Of a DNA stretch of 64,000 bases, positions 19,150 through 30,171 are shown piece after piece. The notes under the pieces are model-generated. The model was not told where the DNA came from and ran no database searches. It saw only the letters and a program-made list of their open reading frames with translations. The DNA comes from an uncultured Actinomycetota bacterium. Its GTDB lineage: Bacteria > Actinomycetota > Thermoleophilia > RBG-16-64-13. Both the position numbers and the translations under genes were made by a program. Location of the stretch: positions 177,656 through 241,655 of the forward strand of contig CAVRJE010000023.1 of assembly GCA_963721365.1 (NCBI GenBank), given 5' to 3'. The stretch's first letter is position 1, and each line of letters starts with the position of its first letter.

Positions 19150-22006
19150 CTTCCTTGATCTCGTATGCCTCTACGATGTCGCCTTCGTGGATATCGTCAT
19201 ACCCATCTACGTGCAGCCCGCATTCGTAACCGGCCAGCACTTCGCGCACGTCGTCGTTGAACCGCTTCAGCGACCCGATGCTGCCCTCGTGGATGATGCT
19301 CCCGTCGCGCACAAGACGGATCCTCGCTGAGCGGACGATCTTGCCGGTCAGGACGTAGCAGCCGGCGATTGTGCCGATCCTCGACGCCCGGAAGACCTGG
19401 CGGATCTCCGCGGATCCCATTTCCTCCTCGACCTTCTCGGGCTCGAGCAGACCGACCAGAGCCGCCTCGACATCCTCGATGGCTTTGTAGATCACCCGGT
19501 ACGTGCGCACGTCCACGCCCTCCTGCTCGGCGAGAGCTTTGGCAGCGACCGACGGACGTACGTTGAAGCCGATGACCACGGCCTTCGAGGCCGACGCGAG
19601 CATGATGTCGGACTCGTTGATGCCGCCGACGCCGGCGAAGATGACCTCGACCTTGACCTCGGGATGGGTGATGTTGCGGAGCGCCTCTTCCAGCGCCTCC
19701 ACCGAACCGCCCACGTCACCCTTGATGATCAGCGGCAGTTCCTTGACCCGGCCTTCCTTAAGGCGCCGGTAGAACTCGTCCAGGCTGCTCGCGCCGCTAC
19801 GGCTCTTGGCCAGTTGCTCCTGGCGCAGCCGGGTGGTGCGCTGATCGGCGCGCTGCCGGGCCTCTCGCTCGTCGCCCGCCACCATGACGAAGTCGCCCGC
19901 GGCGGGAAGGGTGTTGAAGCCGAGGACCTGCGCGGGCACCGACGGGGTAGCCTTACTCAGGGCCACGCCCGTGAAGTCGAACATCGCCTTGACCTTGCCG
20001 TAGGCTTCGCCGCTCACGATGGCGTCGCCCACCCGAAGGGTGCCGCGCTGCACGAGGACGGTCGCCATGGGACCCCTACCCACGTCGAGCTGAGCCTCGA
20101 TCACGACGCCGGATGCGGGCGCTTTGGCGTTGGCCTTGAGCTCCTGTACTTCGGCGACCAGAAGGATCATGTCCATCAGATCTTCGAGGTTCGTCTTCTG
20201 CTTGGCCGAGACTTCCACCATCACGGTCTCGCCGCCCCACGCCTCGGGTACCAGGCCCTGGTCGGCAAGCTGCTTCTTGACCAGATCGGGGTTGGCGTCG
20301 GCGAGGTCCATCTTGTTGATGGCGACCACCATGGGGACCTCAGCGGCCTTGGCGTGGCTGATCGCCTCGAGCGTCTGTGGCATGACCCCATCGTTCGCAG
20401 CCACTACGATGACCGCGATGTCGGTCGACTTGGCGCCGCGGGCCCGCATGGCGGTGAAGGCCTCGTGACCCGGGGTGTCGAGAAAAGTGACTTTCCTCTC
20501 GTTGTGGGTCACCTGGTAGGCCCCGATATGCTGGGTGATGCCGCCGGCCTCGGATTTGACGACCTCGGTCTCGCGGATGGCGTCCAGCAGCGAGGTCTTG
20601 CCGTGGTCGACGTGGCCCATGATGGTGACCACCGGCGCACGGGGAGTGAGGTCGGCGGGATCGTCCACGAACTGGTCGGCCCCCTCCTTCTCCTCCTCGG
20701 CATGCTCGATCTCGACCTGGCGCTCGAATTCCTCGGAGAGGATCACAATGGCATCGTCGGAGAGCGACTGGGTGATGGTTACCATCTCGCCCAGCTTGAG
20801 CAGGGTCTTTATGAGTTCGCCCGCGCTGATCTCGAGTGCTTCGCCCAGATCCTTGACGCTCGCGCCGCTCTTGACCTTGACCGGGGTCTCCGTCCCCGGC
20901 AACGCCTTCTTCTTGATCGCCGGTTTGTCCACGTCGCCGATGGGACCGTTACGACGGTCGCGCGGCCCGCCTCTGCCGCCCTTGCGACCCGCCTGCGAGT
21001 CGATGATGACCCTCCGGCGCGCGGGCTTGTCGTCACCTCGGCGGACCCGCGAGGGGCCGGCGGGGCGCGGCGTAGCAGCCGGCGCGACCGGTTCGGCGGG
21101 GTCCACCCACACTTCGGGCGCCGCAGCCGCGACGGGGCGGAATGCCCGGTCGCGGTGGTCGGCCGTGTCCCGCGGCGGACCGGGGGCACGGTACGGCGGG
21201 CGGGCTGCCCCCGGCGGCGGCGCCGCCGGACGAGGCGCAGCAGGCCCCCTTTGGGGCGCGCCCACGGGCTGAGCGGGTTTCGGCGGAGCGGCCGCGGCCG
21301 CTTTGCGTGCAGCTTCCGCCCGCGCTTCCTGTTCGGCCTGGATCCGTTCCAATTCCTCTTTGGTCACGACGTTGCCCGAAGGCTTGGCCCCTTTGCGCAG
21401 GGGCACACCGGGGCCGACCACGGTCGGCATATCCTCAAGGCGCGGTCTTGCCCGAGGATGGAGCGGTGGCTTCCGCGGCGCCGGCCTGGGCCCCTCGGGA
21501 CGGGTACCCTCCGGGCGTTGCCCTTCGGGACGGCCCGCAGGCAGCTGTTCCGGCGGGGGTGAGGCCGCCTGAGAAGGTGCCGCAGGTTCCCGCTTCGGGC
21601 CGGCCGCTGCCGCGGAGACGGGTTTGGTGACCGGCGGCTTCGCCGCTGCCACGGGCAGCGGCAGTTCCTGTTGTTCGGGTGCCGCGTCCGCCGGGCTCGC
21701 GGCAGCGGAAGGTCCTTTGGGGGTCGCCGGCTTCTCTGCTGGCGCCGGCTTCTCCTCTGAGGCCGGTTTCTCCTCTGAGGCCGGTTTCATGGGCTGCGGA
21801 GCTGCAACCGGGGGCTGCGCCGCTGCTGCTGCGCGCGCCTTCCGCCCGGGATTGATCGTGGGAGCGAACGCGCGAGCGATGTCGGCATCTTCGACAGTCG
21901 AAGAGACGCTCTTGATGTCCAGCCCGGAACCACGCAGAACATCCAGCACTTCCTGGTTCGTCATACCTCTGTCTCTAGCGATGTCGTAAACCCGTCGTTT
22001 CGCCAC
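19133..22006 (-). CDS. infB: Translation initiation factor IF-2
   Basis: ORF 19133..22006, 957 aa, continuous. N-terminus [24 protein letters not shown], a Pro/Ala-rich linker, and a G domain with [20 protein letters not shown] and NKMD. Confidence 0.96.
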   Translation of the reverse strand: MAKRRVYDIARDRGMTNQEVLDVLRGSGLDIKSVSSTVEDADIARAFAPTINPGRKARAAAAAQPPVAAPQPMKPASEEKPASEEKPAPAEKPATPKGPSAAASPADAAPEQQELPLPVAAAKPPVTKPVSAAAAGPKREPAAPSQAASPPPEQLPAGRPEGQRPEGTRPEGPRPAPRKPPLHPRARPRLEDMPTVVGPGVPLRKGAKPSGNVVTKEELERIQAEQEARAEAARKAAAAAPPKPAQPVGAPQRGPAAPRPAAPPPGAARPPYRAPGPPRDTADHRDRAFRPVAAAAPEVWVDPAEPVAPAATPRPAGPSRVRRGDDKPARRRVIIDSQAGRKGGRGGPRDRRNGPIGDVDKPAIKKKALPGTETPVKVKSGASVKDLGEALEISAGELIKTLLKLGEMVTITQSLSDDAIVILSEEFERQVEIEHAEEEKEGADQFVDDPADLTPRAPVVTIMGHVDHGKTSLLDAIRETEVVKSEAGGITQHIGAYQVTHNERKVTFLDTPGHEAFTAMRARGAKSTDIAVIVVAANDGVMPQTLEAISHAKAAEVPMVVAINKMDLADANPDLVKKQLADQGLVPEAWGGETVMVEVSAKQKTNLEDLMDMILLVAEVQELKANAKAPASGVVIEAQLDVGRGPMATVLVQRGTLRVGDAIVSGEAYGKVKAMFDFTGVALSKATPSVPAQVLGFNTLPAAGDFVMVAGDEREARQRADQRTTRLRQEQLAKSRSGASSLDEFYRRLKEGRVKELPLIIKGDVGGSVEALEEALRNITHPEVKVEVIFAGVGGINESDIMLASASKAVVIGFNVRPSVAAKALAEQEGVDVRTYRVIYKAIEDVEAALVGLLEPEKVEEEMGSAEIRQVFRASRIGTIAGCYVLTGKIVRSARIRLVRDGSIIHEGSIGSLKRFNDDVREVLAGYECGLHVDGYDDIHEGDIVEAYEIKEVARTQ
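21751..21786 (-). repeat. Perfect 18-nt tandem duplication in the IF-2 linker (encodes KPASEE twice)
   Basis: tctcctctgaggccggtt at 21751..21768 is repeated exactly at 21769..21786. A partial third copy lies just upstream on the plus strand. Confidence 0.8.
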
Positions 22007-22026
22007 AAGTCACCCGTCCTATTCGG

Positions 22027-22302
22027 TCACTCCCCGGCCTCGGCCGTTCGCACTGCTTCTCGTACCTGATCCTCGTCCACTACCACCGTGGCCCGGAAAG
22101 CCCTCTGGAACGCCCTCCGATGGAGAGCCCGGTCCAGGCACGCCTGCTTCCCGCAAAGATACGCCCCTCGGCCCTTCAGTCCTCGCCCCGCGACCACCAT
22201 CCTGGTCGAATTGATCCGCTCTTCAACGCCCAGCCGCACGAGTTCGCCCTGCGGCCCGCGTCTGCCGCACCCGATGCACTGGCGCTCAGGAGTCGCCGCC
22301 AC
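22027..22302 (-). CDS. ylxR: YlxR/DUF448 RNA-binding protein
   Basis: ORF 22027..22302: ERQCIGCGRRGPQGELVRL...GRGAYLC. Overlaps the nusA 3-prime end by 17 nt. Confidence 0.88.
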   Translation of the reverse strand: MAATPERQCIGCGRRGPQGELVRLGVEERINSTRMVVAGRGLKGRGAYLCGKQACLDRALHRRAFQRAFRATVVVDEDQVREAVRTAEAGE

Positions 22303-23455
22303 CGGTGGCCTGATGCGCGGCTATCCCGCAGTATAAACTGCCGGGCAAGGCCGCGTTGGGACAGCGCTTGCCTCCCACCGTGAGCGAGTGGCAGCGCCCG
22401 TCCGCCACTTTGTGCTCCGGTTCGGCCGTGGCATACACGGTGTCATCCTCACTCATCTCGGTCTCGGACTTGATGTCGATCTTCCAACCCGTGAGCCGGT
22501 TGGCGAGACGGGCGTTCTGGCCATCTTTGCCGATGGCGAGAGAGCGCTGGTCGTCGGGCACCACCACGGTCGCTTCGCAGCGGTCGTCGTCGAGGATCAC
22601 TTCTCTCACCCGGGCCGGCGACAACGACTTGGCCACGAATCGCGCGGGCTCCTCGTCGAAGGGGATGATGTCGATCTTCTCGCCCCGCAACTCCGAGACG
22701 ACCATGCGCACCCGGGATCCCCGGGGACCCACGCACGCGCCGACCGGGTCCACCCCGTCGCTGTGAGACACGACCGAGATCTTGGAGCGATAGCCCGGTT
22801 CGCGGGCGACGCCGACGATCTCGACCAACCCGTCGGAGATCTCCGGTACTTCGAGCTCGAACAACCGTCTTACCAACTCCTCGCTGCGCCGCGAGAGGAC
22901 GATCGGCGGCTCCTTGGGATTCTGCGATACCTCTTTGATGACGGCCTTCAAGCGCATGCCGTGCTCGTAGCGCTCCGTGGGGACCTGCTCGCTCCTGGGC
23001 AGGCGGGCCTCTACCCGGCCCAGATCCACCAGGGTGTAGCGGCTGTCCGACTGCTGCACGATGCCCGTGACGATCTCGCCGACGCGCCGCGAGTACTCCT
23101 TGAACACGATGCCCTGCTCGGCTTCGCGGATGCGCTGATAGATGACCTGCTTGGCAGTCTGCGCCGCGATCCTGCCGAAGTCCTCGGGGGTTATCTCCAC
23201 GCGCTCGGCCATCGAGGTGTCGATCTCGGTCTCCTCATCCTGCACCGCCGGCTCCTCGCCGGGAGGGAAGATGAGCTCGAACACGTGGATCTGACCACTA
23301 TCGCGGTCGATGCTCACCTCGGAGAACGGAACGGCGTGAGGCGTCTTCTGGTAGGCGGAATGGAGAGCGTCCTCGAGAGCCTCTATGAGCGTGTCGAAGG
23401 GAATGCTCTTCTCTTTCTCGATCTGCCGCAGAGCTTCGATCGTCTCCTTGTTCAT
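22286..23455 (-). CDS. nusA: Transcription termination/antitermination factor NusA with an unusual Cys-rich C-terminal tail
   Basis: ORF 22286..23455. N-terminal domain, S1 (GEIVTGIVQQSDSRYTLVDLG) and KH1/KH2 (GACVGPRGSRV, IGKDGQNARLA). Ends ...DGRCHSLTVGGKRCPNAALPGSLYCGIAAHQ. Confidence 0.94.
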   Translation of the reverse strand: MNKETIEALRQIEKEKSIPFDTLIEALEDALHSAYQKTPHAVPFSEVSIDRDSGQIHVFELIFPPGEEPAVQDEETEIDTSMAERVEITPEDFGRIAAQTAKQVIYQRIREAEQGIVFKEYSRRVGEIVTGIVQQSDSRYTLVDLGRVEARLPRSEQVPTERYEHGMRLKAVIKEVSQNPKEPPIVLSRRSEELVRRLFELEVPEISDGLVEIVGVAREPGYRSKISVVSHSDGVDPVGACVGPRGSRVRMVVSELRGEKIDIIPFDEEPARFVAKSLSPARVREVILDDDRCEATVVVPDDQRSLAIGKDGQNARLANRLTGWKIDIKSETEMSEDDTVYATAEPEHKVADGRCHSLTVGGKRCPNAALPGSLYCGIAAHQATGGGDS

Positions 23456-23469
23456 TCCCTTCCCCCTAT

Positions 23470-23920
23470 CTAAAACTCGTACATCAAATGGGCGCTCGCG
23501 ATCTCCTCCAAGGGGATCCGCGCTTCGCGCCCCGCTTCCTCAACGACTACCGCGTTCTCTCCCGCTTCAAGCAGGATCCCCTGCCAGACCTTGCTCCCCT
23601 CGACCGGCTGCAGGGTCTTGACGTAGACCTTATTGCCGATCTGCGCCTCAAAATGGCTGCGCTTCCGCAGGGGCCGCTCTATGCCGGGGGAACTCACCTC
23701 GAGCGAGTAGGCTCCCTCGATAAGCATCCACCTCGTCCAAGGCCTTGCCGACCGCGGTCGACACCTTCGCACACAAGTCGTGGTTCACACCGCCCGGACG
23801 ATCGATGTAGAGGCGCAGGATCTTATTCCTCCGATTGCCCGCCTCTTCCAGCAAGACCAACTCGACGTCCTCGACCTCACGGTCGATGACCTGCTGGAAC
23901 CACTCCTCCGTCAGTGCCAC
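23470..23920 (-). pseudogene. rimP: Ribosome maturation factor RimP, one frameshift as assembled
   Basis: The N-terminal part is in ORF 23648..23920 (VELVLLEEAGNRRNKILRLYIDRPGGV). The C-terminal part is in ORF 23470..23772 (LIEGAYSLEVSSPGIERPLRK). The junction is near 23725. Confidence 0.85.
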
Positions 23921-23934
23921 GACGCCTGCCTCGA

Positions 23935-23972
23935 CTCAAAAACAAAAGTGGGTCCATCTGCACCCACTTTCG
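23935..23972 (-). terminator. Intrinsic-terminator-like hairpin in the rimP-nusA-infB leader (candidate attenuator)
   Basis: On the minus strand: AAAGTGGGT gcagatgg ACCCACTTT, a 9-bp stem (23945..23953 pairs with 23962..23970), followed by TGTTTTTG. It lies between the predicted promoter and GTG 23920. Confidence 0.55.
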
Positions 23973-24001
23973 CGCAACAGCTTGGCTTTGTTTGCCGCTC
24001 G

Positions 24002-24031
24002 ATTATAACACGGGCTTTCTGGGCGCGGCAA
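24002..24031 (-). promoter_or_regulatory. Sigma-70-type promoter for rimP-nusA-infB
   Basis: On the minus strand: TTGCCG (24031..24026), an 18-nt spacer, then TATAAT (24007..24002). Confidence 0.55.
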
Positions 24032-24113
24032 GGAAAGCAGCTACACCCAGGGGAAGTAGTCCCGGCCGCGCATGGCCGGACGGCAGCCCGCCAAAGGGCT
24101 CGCCATGTTACCA

Positions 24114-25869
24114 CTAGTGCGCGGCCTCCCATAGCCGCCGCACCTGCGCGGCGCAGTCCTCCGCGGCCACTTCCTCGCGCGATCCCGCCCCCCTCGGCTC
24201 CACTTCCACCACTCCCGAAGCAGCCTTCTTGCCTACTGTCACCCTGACCGGACATCCGATCAACTCGGCGTCCGCGAATTTGACACCCGGGCGCTCCTCG
24301 CGGTCGTCCCACAGCACGTCCCAGCCCTCGGCGATCAGGCTGCGATAGATGCGCTCCGCGACCTCCGTCTGCACCGGGTCCTTCGGCTGCACGTGAACGA
24401 GGTGGACGTCGAAGGGGGCGATAGCCTTGGGCCACACGATGCCCCGCTCGTCGCAGTTCTGCTCGACTGCGGCCGCCGCGATGCGGGCCGGGCCGATGCC
24501 GTACGAACCCATGATGATCGGCCTCTCCTGGCCGCTCTCGTCGAGAACGGTGGCGCCCAAGGGCTTCGAGTACTTCGTCCCGAGCTTGAAGATGTTCCCC
24601 ACCTCGATCACCTGGTCTATCGTCAGGGGCTCTCCGCACTCGGGACAGGCGTCGCCTGCCGCCGCCTCTCGCAGGTCGGCGTACTCCGCCTGGAAGTCGC
24701 GGCCCGGGATCACTCCCCGGACGTGGGTGTGGGCCTTGTTGGCGCCCGCCGTGTACTCACGCGGGCCGCCGGGGCCATCGGGCCGCAATGTCTCGTCGGC
24801 GATGAGCCGCAGGCCCTTCTCGGCCAGCCCTAGGGGCCCTACGAACCCGACTTCCACGCCGGTAGCCTCGAGCACCTCTTCGGGGCGGGCCGGGCGGACA
24901 TCGGCCTTCAGATAGCGGGCGAGCTTGTTCTCGTGCAGGTCGTGATCGCCCCGCACCATGACCACCAAGGGGTTGCCCTCGGATATGTAGACAAGCGACT
25001 TGATGACTTGCCAGGGCTCTATCCCCAAGAACGAGGAGACCTCGGCAATGGTCCGCTGATCCGGGGTCGGCACCTCACGAGGCGCCGACGATCCCGCAGC
25101 GGCGTCTCCCGCATCCTCGACGGCGGCCGGCCGTGCCGGCGGCTGCGCGGCCACCGATCGCGCCAGTTCCACGTTGGCAGCGTAGCCACACGCCGTGCAC
25201 ACCGCTACGCGGTCTTCGCCGGCGACCGATGGCGCCATGTACTCGTGGGCCTGCGCCCCTCCCATGAAGCCGCTATCGCTCTCCACCCGGAGGAACTCCA
25301 CGCCGCAGCGGCTGAAGATCCGGTCGTACGCCCCTATGTGCTTGGCGTAGCTCACCTCCAGACCGGCCTCGTCCATGTCGAACGAATACGAGTCCTTCAT
25401 GAGGAACTCGCGGACCCGCAGCACCCCGCCCTTCGGCCGAGGCTCGTCGCGGAACTTGAGCTGGAGCTGATACCAGATCTGCGGGAGGTCCCGATAGGAG
25501 CGCAGTTCCCGCGACGCGAGCCATGCGAAGACCTCCTCGTGCGTCATTGCCAGCACCATATTCCGCCCTCCCCGGTCCTTCAGGCGGAACATCTCGTCGC
25601 CGATGGCGTCGTAGCGCCCGGTCGCCTGCCACACGTCGGCCGGGTGCATGCGTGGGCATCGAGAGCTCGTTGGCGCCGATGGCGTCCATCTCCTCCCGGA
25701 TGATGGCGCAGATGCGCTGCATCACCCGCCACCCGAGCGGGAGCATGATGTAGATGCCGGATGCGAACTGACGGACGAAGCCTCCGCGCACCATCAGCTT
25801 GTGGCTGATCGCCTCGGCGTCGGCTGGGTCTTCCTTGAGCGTGGGCATGAAGAGCTGCGTGGCCCGCAT
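24114..25869 (-). pseudogene. proS: Proline--tRNA ligase, one frameshift as assembled
   Basis: The N-terminal part is in ORF 25273..25869 (MRATQLFMPTLKEDPADAEAISHKLMVRGGFVRQ...). The rest is in ORF 24114..25649 (HPADVWQATGRYDAIGDEMFRLKDRGGRNMVLAMTHEE). The junction is near 25649, where a single extra base turns ..MPT-LHPAD.. out of frame. Confidence 0.88.
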
Positions 25870-25932
25870 CGGGTCCTCCTCGAACGGAAACGGTGAGATC
25901 GGCGCGGCGTGCAGCCGCGCCCGAAAGACAGT

Positions 25933-26997
25933 CTAGCAGTCTACCAGTCCCGTTGACCGGCGGGCGATCTCGGCAAAGAGGGCATCTACGAGCTGGTCCT
26001 GGGGCACCTTCCGCACCGGTCTCCCCTGCGCGAAGACCACTCCCTCGCCCGCGCCGCCCGCGATGCCGTAATCGGCCTTTCTGGCTTCACCCGGCCCGTT
26101 GACGATGCACCCCATGACGGCCACCTCGAGATCCAGGCCCGACTCCTCCAGGCGACGCTCCACCTCCAGAGCCAGGGTCTCGAGATCCACTTCGGTCCTG
26201 CCGCAGGTGGGGCACGATATGACGCGCGGTCCCCGGGGCGCCAGGTCCAGGCTGCGCAGGATCTCCAGGGCCACCCGGACCTCCTCGACGGGATCGCCGG
26301 TGAGCGACACCCGGATGGTGTCGCCGACGCCTTCCGCCAGCAGGATCCCGAGGGCGACCGCACTGCGGATGGAGCCGGCCCAGCGGGTGCCGGCCTCGGT
26401 GACACCCAGGTGCAGCGGATAGGGCACCCTCTCGGCCAGCAGTCGGTTGGCCGCTATGGTGACCAGCGGGGACGAGGACTTGGCCGAGACCTTGATTCGG
26501 GCGAAGCCCAACTCCTCGAGCAGAGCGCACGAGCGGACGGCCGATTCCACCAGGGCTCCGGCGGCGTCCCTCTCCTCCATGTCCCGCAGGTCCCGCTGCA
26601 GCGAGCCACTGTTGACGCCCACCCGGATGACCGTTCCGTGTTCCTTCGCCGCCTCGACCACCTCGCGAACGGCGCCCTTCCCCCCGATGTTGCCGGGATT
26701 GATGCGGATGCCCGCCACGCCGGCCTCGACGGCGGCCACCGCCAGACGGTGGTCGAAATGGATGTCGGCCACCAGAGGTACGGGCGATTCGGCCACGAGA
26801 GACGGGATGGCCGCCGCCGCGGCCGGGTCGGGGACCGCCACTCTGACCACCGCCGCACCGGCCGTCGCCAGCGCCCGGATCTGACCGAGGGTGGCCTCGA
26901 CGTCGTCTGTCTTGGTGTTGGTCATCGACTGGATCGAGACAGGAGCGCCACCGCCTATCGCCACGCCGCCCAGCATCACCTGTCGCCGGCTCGCCAT
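25933..26997 (-). CDS. ispG: 4-hydroxy-3-methylbut-2-en-1-yl diphosphate synthase (IspG/GcpE)
   Basis: ORF 25933..26997, continuous. Motifs VSIQSMTNT, RINPGNIG, CPTCGR and GCIVNGPGE. Confidence 0.95.
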   Translation of the reverse strand: MASRRQVMLGGVAIGGGAPVSIQSMTNTKTDDVEATLGQIRALATAGAAVVRVAVPDPAAAAAIPSLVAESPVPLVADIHFDHRLAVAAVEAGVAGIRINPGNIGGKGAVREVVEAAKEHGTVIRVGVNSGSLQRDLRDMEERDAAGALVESAVRSCALLEELGFARIKVSAKSSSPLVTIAANRLLAERVPYPLHLGVTEAGTRWAGSIRSAVALGILLAEGVGDTIRVSLTGDPVEEVRVALEILRSLDLAPRGPRVISCPTCGRTEVDLETLALEVERRLEESGLDLEVAVMGCIVNGPGEARKADYGIAGGAGEGVVFAQGRPVRKVPQDQLVDALFAEIARRSTGLVDC

Positions 26998-27006
26998 TCC
27001 CCCGGG

Positions 27007-28195
27007 TCAGCCTCCGAAGATGCGGCCGATATCGTTGGACGTCGCCAATACGAACAGCGCCACGAAGATGATGAGGCCGATCATGGAGACCTGCTCGAAG
27101 ACGCGGAGCGAAACGCTCTCGTCCCCGTATGCGCTCGATGATGCTGAACAGCACGTGACCGCCGTCAAGCGGCAGTACCGGCAGCATGTTGAGGATGGCC
27201 AGGTTGATGCTGATGAGCGCCAGCAGCGACAGGTAGTAGCCGCCCTGGAACGCCTCGCTCGATATCTGGATTATCCCCACCGGCCCCGCCAGGCCCTGCG
27301 ACCCCGTCACCGGCGCTTGGCCGGTGAACATCATCTTGATGCCCGACGAAGATGAGCTTGACCATGCTCGCCGTCGTCTTCGCCGCGTAGCCGAGGCCCC
27401 CACGAAGCCCAGGTCCTTGTGGGTGACGCCGGGCTGCACGCCCAGGTAGCCGGTGCCGTCCTCCTGCTTCTTGAGCTCGGCAGTCAGTTGCGTCTGCTGC
27501 CCGCCCCGCTCGACCACGATCGTGACGGTCTCGCCGGGATGGGTGCAGGATCTCGGTCCGCACCTCCTGCCAGTCGGAGACGTCTTTGCCTCCGATGCTG
27601 ACGACGCTGGTCGCCCGGCCAGCAGGCCTGCCGCCGCCGCCGGGGTCCCGGGCTCGACCTTCTCGAGCGTCGTGCTTACGATGCTCTCGCCCTGGTAGAG
27701 CGCGACGATGAAGAGGAGCAGGAACGCCACGATGACGTTCATGGTGACGCCGGCGATGATGAACAGCGACCTTGTGCCAGAACGGATGCGCGTAGTACCG
27801 CCGCTCCAGCGGGGTCGCCGCGATCTCGTCGGCGGTCAGCGCCCGCGGCCCCGCCAGCCGGTCCTCCGGGTCCTGGGGCCGCCTGCGCTTCTTGTCCGGG
27901 CTGGTCCTGCGTCCGCCCGCTACTCCGCTTCTTTCTCCCGGGCCTCCTCGATGCGGGCCTCGAACTCTTCCTTGTGCATGCCGGTGACTCGGACGTATCC
28001 GCCCAGCGGCAGCATGGAGATGCCGTACACCGTCTCCCCGATGCGCTTGCTCACGAGGTAGCGGCCGAAGCCGATGCTGAACTCCTCCACCCGCATGCCG
28101 GTGGCCTTGGCCACGATGAAGTGGCCGAACTCGTGGGCCAGGATCAGGAACCCCAGGCCCACGATGGCCACTATCACGCCTATGACACTAGTCAT
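27007..28195 (-). pseudogene. rseP: RIP (site-2) zinc metalloprotease RseP, at least 7 frame changes as assembled
   Basis: The HEFGH N-terminus is in ORF 27920..28195. The remaining pieces lie in three frames:
- LTADEIAATPLERRYYAHPFWHKVAV
- IIAGVTMNVIVAFLLLFIVALYQG
- PDZ domain: VVSIGGKDVSDWQEVRTEILHPGETVTIVVERGG
- GYAAKTTASMVKLIFVG
- NLAILNMLPVLPLDGGHVLF
- tail: FEQVSMIGLIIFVALFVLATSNDIGRIFGG, followed by a stop at 27007. Confidence 0.8.
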
Positions 28196-28252
28196 TTCAT
28201 CTCACCTCGTGCCTACTTCGGCACAAACGCGTTCCGCCATGAGCCTTGCCCG

Positions 28253-29368
28253 TCAATCGACGGCCAGCCACCTCTTCGTACGTTCCGAAGGCGCCCGCCT
28301 CGCATTCGCCGCTATCACCGCTTCCACCACCTCTGCTATACCCAGAAAGCCTAGGCGGCCATCGAGGAAGGCTCGCACGGCCACCTCGTTGGCGGCGTTC
28401 AGCGCGCAGGTGCACCTATCCCCTTTGCCGCCGGCCTCCCGGGCCAGGCGGATGGCCGGGAAGGTCGACTCGTCGGGCGCCGCGAACTCGAGCGAGATGC
28501 CCGCCGCCAGGTCCAGTTTCTGCGTGGCCACGTGTACCCGCTCGGGATAGTGCAGCGCGAAGGCGATGGGCACCCGCATGTCGGGCGAGCCGAGATGCGA
28601 CAGCAGCGCCCCGTCCACCAGCCGCACCAGCGCGTGCACCAGGGACTGCGGATGCACCACCACCTCGATGCGCTCGTACGGCAGCCCGAACAGGTGGTGC
28701 GCCTCGATGACCTCCAGGCCCTTGTTCATCAGGGTGGCCGAGTCGATGGTGATCTTCTCCCCCATCGACCAGGTGGGATGCGCCAGGGCCTCCTCCCGGG
28801 TCACGCCGCGCCAGTTCGCGCGCTTGTCTTGCCCGCGGAACGGGCCGCCCGAGGCCGTGATCACCAGCGAGTCCACGCCTCCGAGCCCGGCCGCGGCGAC
28901 CAGTTGGAACAGGGCCGAGTGCTCGGAATCGACCGGCAGGATGGCCACGCCCCGGCGTGCCGCCAACTCGGTGACCAGGCCGCCCGCGCAGACCAGGCTC
29001 TCCTTGTTGGCCAGGGCCAGCGGGCAGCCCGGCCTCGAGAGCGGCGAGCGTCGATTCGAGGCCGGCGAACCCCACGATGGCGTTCAGCACCAGGTCGGCC
29101 TCGACCTCTCTCACGAGCCGAGCCGCTCCGCCCGGCCCCATGCGGATCCTCGCCGCCGGATAGAGCGAGGCGGGGACTGGTCGCAGCCGCTCCCTCGTCG
29201 GCGATAGCCAGGTCGTCGACCCCCAGGGCGGTGGCCTGCTCCAGCAGGAGCTTGACGTTCCGGTCGCAGGACAGGCCCACGACGGTCAGGTCCTTGCTGG
29301 CCGCGACCACCTCGGAGCGCCTGCACGCCGATGGACCCGGTGGCCCCCAGGACGATGACGCGCTTCAT
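28253..29368 (-). pseudogene. dxr: 1-deoxy-D-xylulose-5-phosphate reductoisomerase, at least 4 frame changes as assembled
   Basis: Pieces:
- [18 protein letters not shown] (ORF 29111..29377)
- [25 protein letters not shown] (ORF 28861..29310)
- EADLVLNAIVGFAGLESTLAALEAG (ORF 28416..29141)
- LPVDSEHSALFQ...MNKGLEVIEAHHLF (ORF 28253..28966). Confidence 0.82.
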
Positions 29369-30171
29369 TTGACGCACTGATCACGTCGCCGAGCAGAACG
29401 ATGGCCATCCAGTAGGTGACGAAGCCGGCGAACAGCACCGCGTCGAAGCGGTCGAGGATGCCGCCGTGCCCGGGCAGGATCTTGCCCGAGTCCTTGACCC
29501 GGAAGTCCCGCTTGACCGCCGACTCGAACAGGTCGCCCCACTGGCCGACGAACCCGATGGCCAGGCCCAACAGCACGGCTTCGCCCCACCCGCAGCCACG
29601 GCGAGTAGATCTTGACGACGACGGCGGCCACGACGGACCCGATGATGCCGCCTATGGCCCCTTCGACGGACTTCTTGGGCGAGATGCGCGGCGCCATCTT
29701 GTGGCTGCCGATCGCCCGCCCGACGAAATACGCGAAGGTGTCGTTGACCATGGTGCAGGCCAAAAGAAGGATGGTGAGCGCCATGCCGTGGTTGAGTTCG
29801 CGGAGCAGCAGCACGTACGCGAAGCCCATGGCTATCCAGACGACGCCGAACCCGGTGAGCGCCATGCGGCCCACCAGGTGGGCTCCCAGTTCCCCGCCGA
29901 GGGACCAGAAGAAGGTGAGGATCATCAGCACGACGAGCCCGACCAGCAGCCCCTGAGACCCCAGTAGTAGGCGCCGAGGATCGTGGCGATCCCCGCGACA
30001 AATCCCACGAGGAGATTGGGCCGGTAGGGTCGCAGCAGGGTGTAGTACTCGTGCAGGCCGATGATCGTGAGCACCAAGCCCAGACCGAGAAAGTAGTAGC
30101 CGCCGAGGATGATGGCGGCCAGCCCCGATGGGAATGCCGACCGCGGCGACCAGGAGGCGGTACCTAAGCAT
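29365..30171 (-). pseudogene. cdsA: Phosphatidate cytidylyltransferase CdsA, several frame changes as assembled
   Basis: Pieces:
- [16 protein letters not shown] and the middle part (ORF 29365..30183: [33 protein letters not shown])
- [26 protein letters not shown] (tail of ORF 29925..30950)
- [32 protein letters not shown] (ORF 29286..29576)
The end is probably the TGA at 29365, which forms an ATGA overlap with dxr. Confidence 0.78.

Noticed and set aside
23911-24639. 242-aa minus-strand ORF overlapping the proS 3-prime region and the rimP leader
   Set aside because: It is out of frame with the conserved ProRS sequence, is Arg/Gly-rich, and runs across an intergenic promoter and terminator. 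It is not coding.
26087-27742. 551-aa minus-strand ORF that looks like one large protein
   Set aside because: It is a chimera. Its first ~230 aa are frame-hopping pieces of rseP. The remainder is an out-of-frame Arg/Gly-rich read-through of the intact ispG gene (25933..26997).
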